Shown here one piece after another: positions 28,070 to 32,000 of a stretch of DNA of 32,000 nt. Numbering within the stretch: position 1 is the first letter of the stretch; every line of letters starts with the position of its first letter. The translations under genes and the position numbers were made by a program. This stretch comes from Psychrobacter sp. HD31 (lineage in GTDB: Bacteria; Pseudomonadota; Gammaproteobacteria; Pseudomonadales; Moraxellaceae), in contig NZ_CP142525.1 in the NCBI RefSeq assembly GCF_051097895.1, positions 750,001 to 782,000 of the forward strand, in the 5' to 3' direction. The notes under the pieces are model-generated. The model searched no databases. It saw only the letters and a list, made by a program, of their open reading frames with translations, and had not been told where the DNA came from.

Positions 28070-28112
28070 TTTTTACTTTCCTAAACTTTAAGGAGACATC
28101 AAACCCTTTAAA

Positions 28113-28162
28113 GAGAATGATTTTTATTTACTTAATTGTACATAATAATGATGATTGTTGAT
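28113..28162. promoter_or_regulatory. Two candidate Fur boxes upstream of the siderophore-interacting protein gene
   Basis: gagaatgatttttatttac (28113-28131) matches GATAATGATAATCATTATC at 13/19, and aataatgatgattgttgat (28144-28162) matches at 12/19. They lie 44-93 bp upstream of the start codon. Confidence 0.45.
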
Positions 28163-28342
28163 CTTTTCAATGCATGCCTAATAAATCTAGGTGTTAAAGT
28201 AAACAAAACCAGTGTTAGAAATTCATATTTAATCTGGCTATATTTTGATGTATTTGATTTGGCTAACAAGGTTTAAGGAAGGTTTAGGGGTTGTACAGTT
28301 AAGGGTTGATTTTTGCAGTCTATTAATTATTATTAGTTAACT

Positions 28343-28388
28343 CAAAAAGAAAAAACCCCAAGCTATTAGGGCGATAAGCTTGGGGTTT
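28343..28388 (-). terminator. Rho-independent terminator for the EEP-family gene transcript
   Basis: A 12-bp stem aaaccccaagct / agcttggggttt is followed on the - strand by UUUUUUCUUUUU. It lies 180 nt beyond the EEP stop codon. Confidence 0.75.
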
Positions 28389-28567
28389 ATTGAGTTGGTT
28401 TTATGCCACTGTCCATAGCGACAATTACGTTTACATATTGATAAAGCCAAAACCAAACTTTATCGCAACACAGCAATCCATGCTTTCCTTGTGTTGATGT
28501 GCCTATTTTAGGCTGAGTATTAAAAACAAACTAGATGCAAAAAACTCAAATCCTTGTAAGCCACAGC

Positions 28568-29776
28568 TTACATATCCCCTTTTGCGTTTGATACTACAAC
28601 AGCTTTTTTAATCATTTTATTATTTTTATATAAAATTTTATTCAGTTGTTTTTGTCGCCTCAATAAAGATACTCTTTTACCTTCAAGCAAACCAACTAAC
28701 ACACGATGCCTTGATTTTTTTAGCTCACTCAAAGCCAGTGTCGATACAAATCTTTTTTGATGTTTTATGGCTTCTGGCTCATACTGTAGCTCAGTAAAAA
28801 TTGGAAAATGATCTGAACCAATCGGCTCTAGTCTTTTTATGTCCACTAACGTAAAGTCATGGCTATGGAAAACATGATCTAATGCCCATCTAAACAGTGG
28901 CAATTGTGCATGAAAGGTGTTAATAAACTTGCGACCAATACGTGGATCTAATAAGCCCGAAACTCGCCTAAATTGGCGAGTTGTGCGTGACCAAGCAACA
29001 TCATTTAAGTCACCAGCAACTATCGCTGTTTGTGCATGCTGTCTTATCTTTCTTGCAATCATTAATAGTTCAGCATCACGCGTAGTAGATTTGTTTACCT
29101 CCGTTGGGCTGGGTGGCATCGGATGCAAGCAATACAACCACACCTTTTTTCCATTTGGCAATCTAACCTGTGTTTCAATAGAAGGGATGTCATCCACAAC
29201 CAAATATTTTATTTTTGCATCAATCAGTTCATATTTAGAATACAAATGCATCCCATATAAATTATCTAATGGGATTTTTATTGAATAAGCAAAATCTGGC
29301 TCAATTTTATTAAGTGCATTTTGCCACTTTAAATCAGACTCTAAAGTTAAAAGCACATCTGGCTGGTAATCATCAACAAGTTTAATAAGCTTATCTGTTT
29401 GTCTGTTAGGCGCTAGCACATTAGATACTATTATTTTTATTCTACTTTTTTGGCTTATATTTGCATCATTTTTGGCAGTTTTAACCTGTTTGCGCCAAAA
29501 CTGAGTATATGGCAACACCATAGCAAACTGGTACAACAACACAAACAATAGTAGCAACATCATTATTTTTTGAAATAACTGCCAATATGCAATAAAGCCA
29601 AACATCAACAACCAAGATAAGCTGCCAACAAATAAGATTTGCAATCTAGGAAAGTCAGCAAATCTTATCCACCAATTATCATAGGGCAAGCCACCCCAAA
29701 AACTGATAAAAATAACTAGCAGCCCAAAAAACTGAACCAACTCAAAAACCCAAAGCTCTAACCACAGATTTATCAT
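28568..29776 (-). CDS. Membrane-anchored endonuclease/exonuclease/phosphatase (EEP) family protein
   Basis: About 100 N-terminal residues form 3-4 hydrophobic helices. An EEP fold follows, with IIVSNVL, LLTLES, AGDLND and the terminal GSDHFPIF motif. The C-terminal tail of about 65 aa is Lys/Arg-rich. Confidence 0.8.
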   Translation of the reverse strand: MINLWLELWVFELVQFFGLLVIFISFWGGLPYDNWWIRFADFPRLQILFVGSLSWLLMFGFIAYWQLFQKIMMLLLLFVLLYQFAMVLPYTQFWRKQVKTAKNDANISQKSRIKIIVSNVLAPNRQTDKLIKLVDDYQPDVLLTLESDLKWQNALNKIEPDFAYSIKIPLDNLYGMHLYSKYELIDAKIKYLVVDDIPSIETQVRLPNGKKVWLYCLHPMPPSPTEVNKSTTRDAELLMIARKIRQHAQTAIVAGDLNDVAWSRTTRQFRRVSGLLDPRIGRKFINTFHAQLPLFRWALDHVFHSHDFTLVDIKRLEPIGSDHFPIFTELQYEPEAIKHQKRFVSTLALSELKKSRHRVLVGLLEGKRVSLLRRQKQLNKILYKNNKMIKKAVVVSNAKGDM

Positions 29777-30143
29777 GCAAAATATCCAACTGGCATATGC
29801 TTAAAACCAAGTAATCTTCTATTGATTAAAAATATACTGAGTACACATGGAGGTTTTATGACGAGTCTATTTAATTTATATGACACTTGAAGTTGGTATG
29901 CCCGTTGGCAACAAAGATTATAATTACCGCCTTACCCGATTAACCCCTAACCAATACTTAGCCTTAAAAACACAATAATTCATTAATATACTAATGCGGC
30001 AAATGATTTTTTTTGCTATAGTACTTGGTCGATTTATAAATTTTAAGTGCTTGAAATATTACCCATGCTTTTAATTACTTGTGATTAAAAAACGACATAG
30101 GCAGTAGTTCAAGACAATCCCCACCAAATAAGGAATCATATTC

Positions 30144-31274
30144 ATGAGTGATTTAAATGTAGGTTTTGTGGGCTGGCGTGGTATGGTTGGCTCGGTTTTA
30201 ATGCAACGTATGCAAGATGAAGGCGACTTTAAGGGCATTAATGCAACCTTTTTTTCTACCAGTAATGCTGGTGGCGAAGCCCCAACCTTTGATACCTTGT
30301 CTGCAAGTAAACTACAAGACGCACATGATATTGATGCCTTAGCAAAATGTGATGTTGTTATCACTTGCCAAGGTGGTGACTATACCAAAGCTGTGCATCC
30401 AAAACTTCGTGAAAGCGGTTGGAATGGCTACTGGGTAGATGCAGCAAGCACACTGCGCATGGAAGATAACAGCACCATTATCCTAGACCCTGTTAACCGC
30501 GATGTCATTGACCAAGCATTGGCTAATGGTCAAAAAGATTTTATCGGGGGCAACTGCACTGTATCATTAATGCTGATGGCAATTGGTGAGCTATTTAACC
30601 GTGGTTGGGTTGAATGGGTATCAGCCATGACTTACCAAGCAGCCAGTGGTTCTGGTGCTAACAACATGCGTGAGCTAATTAATGGCATGGGTGTGTTGCG
30701 TGATGCCGTAGCAGATGAACTAGCAAATCCAGCAAGTGCCATTCTTGAAATCGATAAAAAAATTGCAGATACTCAGCGTAGTGACGAGTTCCCAGCTCAA
30801 TACTTTGGCGTACCACTAGCAGGATCATTGATTCCTTACATTGATAGCCAGTTAGAAAATAAACAATCACGTGAAGAGTGGAAAGGCGGCGTAGAAACCA
30901 ACAAAATTTTAAACAATGTAGGCAATGACATCATCCCTATCGATGGGCTGTGTGTACGTGTTGGTGCTATGCGTTGCCACTCGCAAGGTTTAACAATTAA
31001 ACTTAAAAAAGATATCCCACTTGCAGAAATTGAACAAGCATTGCGTGACAGCGACAACCCATGGTTAGATTTAGTGGAAGATGACAAAGAAGAAACCATG
31101 AAACGCCTAACCCCAGTTGCAGTAACTGGGTCATTAACGGTTGCACTTGGTCGCCTACGCAAACTCAATATGGGGGGTGAATACTTAGGTGCATTTACCG
31201 TAGGTGATCAACTACTGTGGGGGGCTGCCGAGCCTCTACGCCGTATGCTAAGCATTTTGCGTGAGCCAAAGTAA
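30144..31274 (+). CDS. asd: Aspartate-semialdehyde dehydrogenase
   Basis: [30 protein letters not shown] (active-site Cys), QAASGSGA and [16 protein letters not shown] are co-linear with E. coli Asd. AAGGAA precedes the ATG. Confidence 0.95.
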   Translation: MSDLNVGFVGWRGMVGSVLMQRMQDEGDFKGINATFFSTSNAGGEAPTFDTLSASKLQDAHDIDALAKCDVVITCQGGDYTKAVHPKLRESGWNGYWVDAASTLRMEDNSTIILDPVNRDVIDQALANGQKDFIGGNCTVSLMLMAIGELFNRGWVEWVSAMTYQAASGSGANNMRELINGMGVLRDAVADELANPASAILEIDKKIADTQRSDEFPAQYFGVPLAGSLIPYIDSQLENKQSREEWKGGVETNKILNNVGNDIIPIDGLCVRVGAMRCHSQGLTIKLKKDIPLAEIEQALRDSDNPWLDLVEDDKEETMKRLTPVAVTGSLTVALGRLRKLNMGGEYLGAFTVGDQLLWGAAEPLRRMLSILREPK

Positions 31275-31350
31275 CCTTTTTTGTTTACACTAGTTTTTTG
31301 ATTTATCTTTGTGCTTAAAATAGCATCTAACTTATAATCAACTAACTATT

Positions 31351-31386
31351 AAAAAAGCCAAAGCTTTTATGCTTTGGCTTTTTTAT
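31351..31386. terminator. Bidirectional terminator between asd and dgkA
   Basis: The stem is agccaaagc / gctttggct with a ttttat loop, flanked by an A6 run upstream and a T6 run downstream. Confidence 0.75.
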
Positions 31387-31500
31387 TAAGTGTTTATAAA
31401 ATTTTGGCTTTTGGTAATAAAAATTGGTAAAATTTATATACGCCTATTCTATATAAATTAAATTAGCTTTTCTAAACAAGTTAAACACGGTAGTACGATG

Positions 31501-31920
31501 TTAAATCGTACCAAAAATTGCAAGCATCCATAACATAAATAACAACAATAGTGCTAAAAACTGTGCGGCAGAGCCAACATCTTTGGCAATTTTTGCTAAA
31601 GGATGTTTTTCCATTGAGGTAAAATCAATTGCGGCTTCAAGCCCTGTATTAAATAGTTCAACCACCAAAGAAAATATAGAAGCAAACAACAAAAGCATTT
31701 TGATAACGATCGTAAATGGGCAAAAAATCAATGCAATCATTAATATTGTGTTAATAACAACCAATTGACGAAATGCCGACTCATTACGATATGCTGCTTT
31801 AAAGCCATCTATCGAAAATCGGCTCGCATTTATAATACGTTTGATACCGGTTTTGCCTTTCGTCTCCGCTGCATAATCTGTAAGCAATGATTGCTCTTTG
31901 TATGGTTGCTTCTCACTCAT
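31501..31920 (-). CDS. dgkA: Diacylglycerol kinase (prokaryotic DgkA family)
   Basis: GIKRIINASRFSIDGFKAAYRNESAFRQ and ELFNTGLEAAIDFTS...AKDVGSAA parallel E. coli DgkA (GFTRIIKAAGYSWKGLRAAWINEAAFRQ, EILNSAIEAVVDRIG...AKDMGSAA). There are three TM segments. Confidence 0.9.
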   Translation of the reverse strand: MSEKQPYKEQSLLTDYAAETKGKTGIKRIINASRFSIDGFKAAYRNESAFRQLVVINTILMIALIFCPFTIVIKMLLLFASIFSLVVELFNTGLEAAIDFTSMEKHPLAKIAKDVGSAAQFLALLLLFMLWMLAIFGTI

Positions 31921-32000
31921 ATTAAATCACCTAAAAAATCTCTATCATATTTTTTATTAAATCTTATATTTTCTTAAATCTTATATATAGTCATACATAC

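Noticed and set aside
29849-29890. GGAGG followed by a 10-codon ORF (MTSLFNLYDT) about 255 nt upstream of asd, considered as a possible leader peptide or attenuator.
   Set aside because: The SD-ATG spacing is only 4 nt. There is no run of regulatory codons (Lys/Thr/Met). I saw no alternative terminator/antiterminator hairpins and no L-box-like conserved elements.
30071-30364. A 97-aa - ORF overlapping the asd start.
   Set aside because: It is antisense to the highly conserved asd N-terminus and has no support.
1-32000. I searched the whole window by eye for CRISPR arrays, IS elements or terminal inverted repeats, integrases, phage genes, toxin-antitoxin pairs and known defence-system genes.
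   Set aside because: I saw no regularly spaced repeats, no transposase, integrase or recombinase-like ORFs, and no duplication of either tRNA 3' end. Every ORF over 100 aa except the RHH orphan has a confident housekeeping or metabolic assignment.

Overview
The window is a low-GC gammaproteobacterial chromosome segment. RpoD, Fpr and FabR look Moraxellaceae-like or Pseudomonadales-like, but the taxon cannot be proven from sequence alone. It is dominated by core housekeeping genes: dnaG (5'-truncated), rpoD, a ybeD-like gene, nrdA-nrdB-yfaE, an S41 C-terminal protease, gpmI, fxsA, ruvC, tRNA-Asn, epmB/efp, a 1-Cys peroxiredoxin, a dGTPase, fabR, a second TetR regulator, a TatD/YcfH hydrolase, trmO, fpr, tRNA-Leu, asd and dgkA. 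Features absent from the ORF track are a 6S RNA (ssrS) with its own promoter and terminator at about 11.05-11.35 kb, two tRNAs with near-consensus promoters, roughly a dozen rho-independent terminators, and candidate NrdR, FNR-type, Fur and TetR-type operator sites. I found no CRISPR array, IS element, integrase, phage gene or recognisable defence system. The less ordinary parts are as follows. (1) A nitrosative-stress module next to tRNA-Asn has a Cys-poor CRP/FNR regulator, a perfect TTGACCTAGGTCAA palindrome within a duplicated class-II-like promoter layout, hcp, and a reductase whose domain order is inverted relative to E. coli Hcr. (2) An orphan ribbon-helix-helix gene sits beside a tandem 19-bp repeat just 3' of tRNA-Asn. 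(3) A spacer-rich stretch between tRNA-Leu and asd carries a Fur-box-preceded siderophore-interacting reductase and a membrane-anchored EEP-family nuclease/phosphatase. None of these is clearly a new system, and interest scores are set accordingly.
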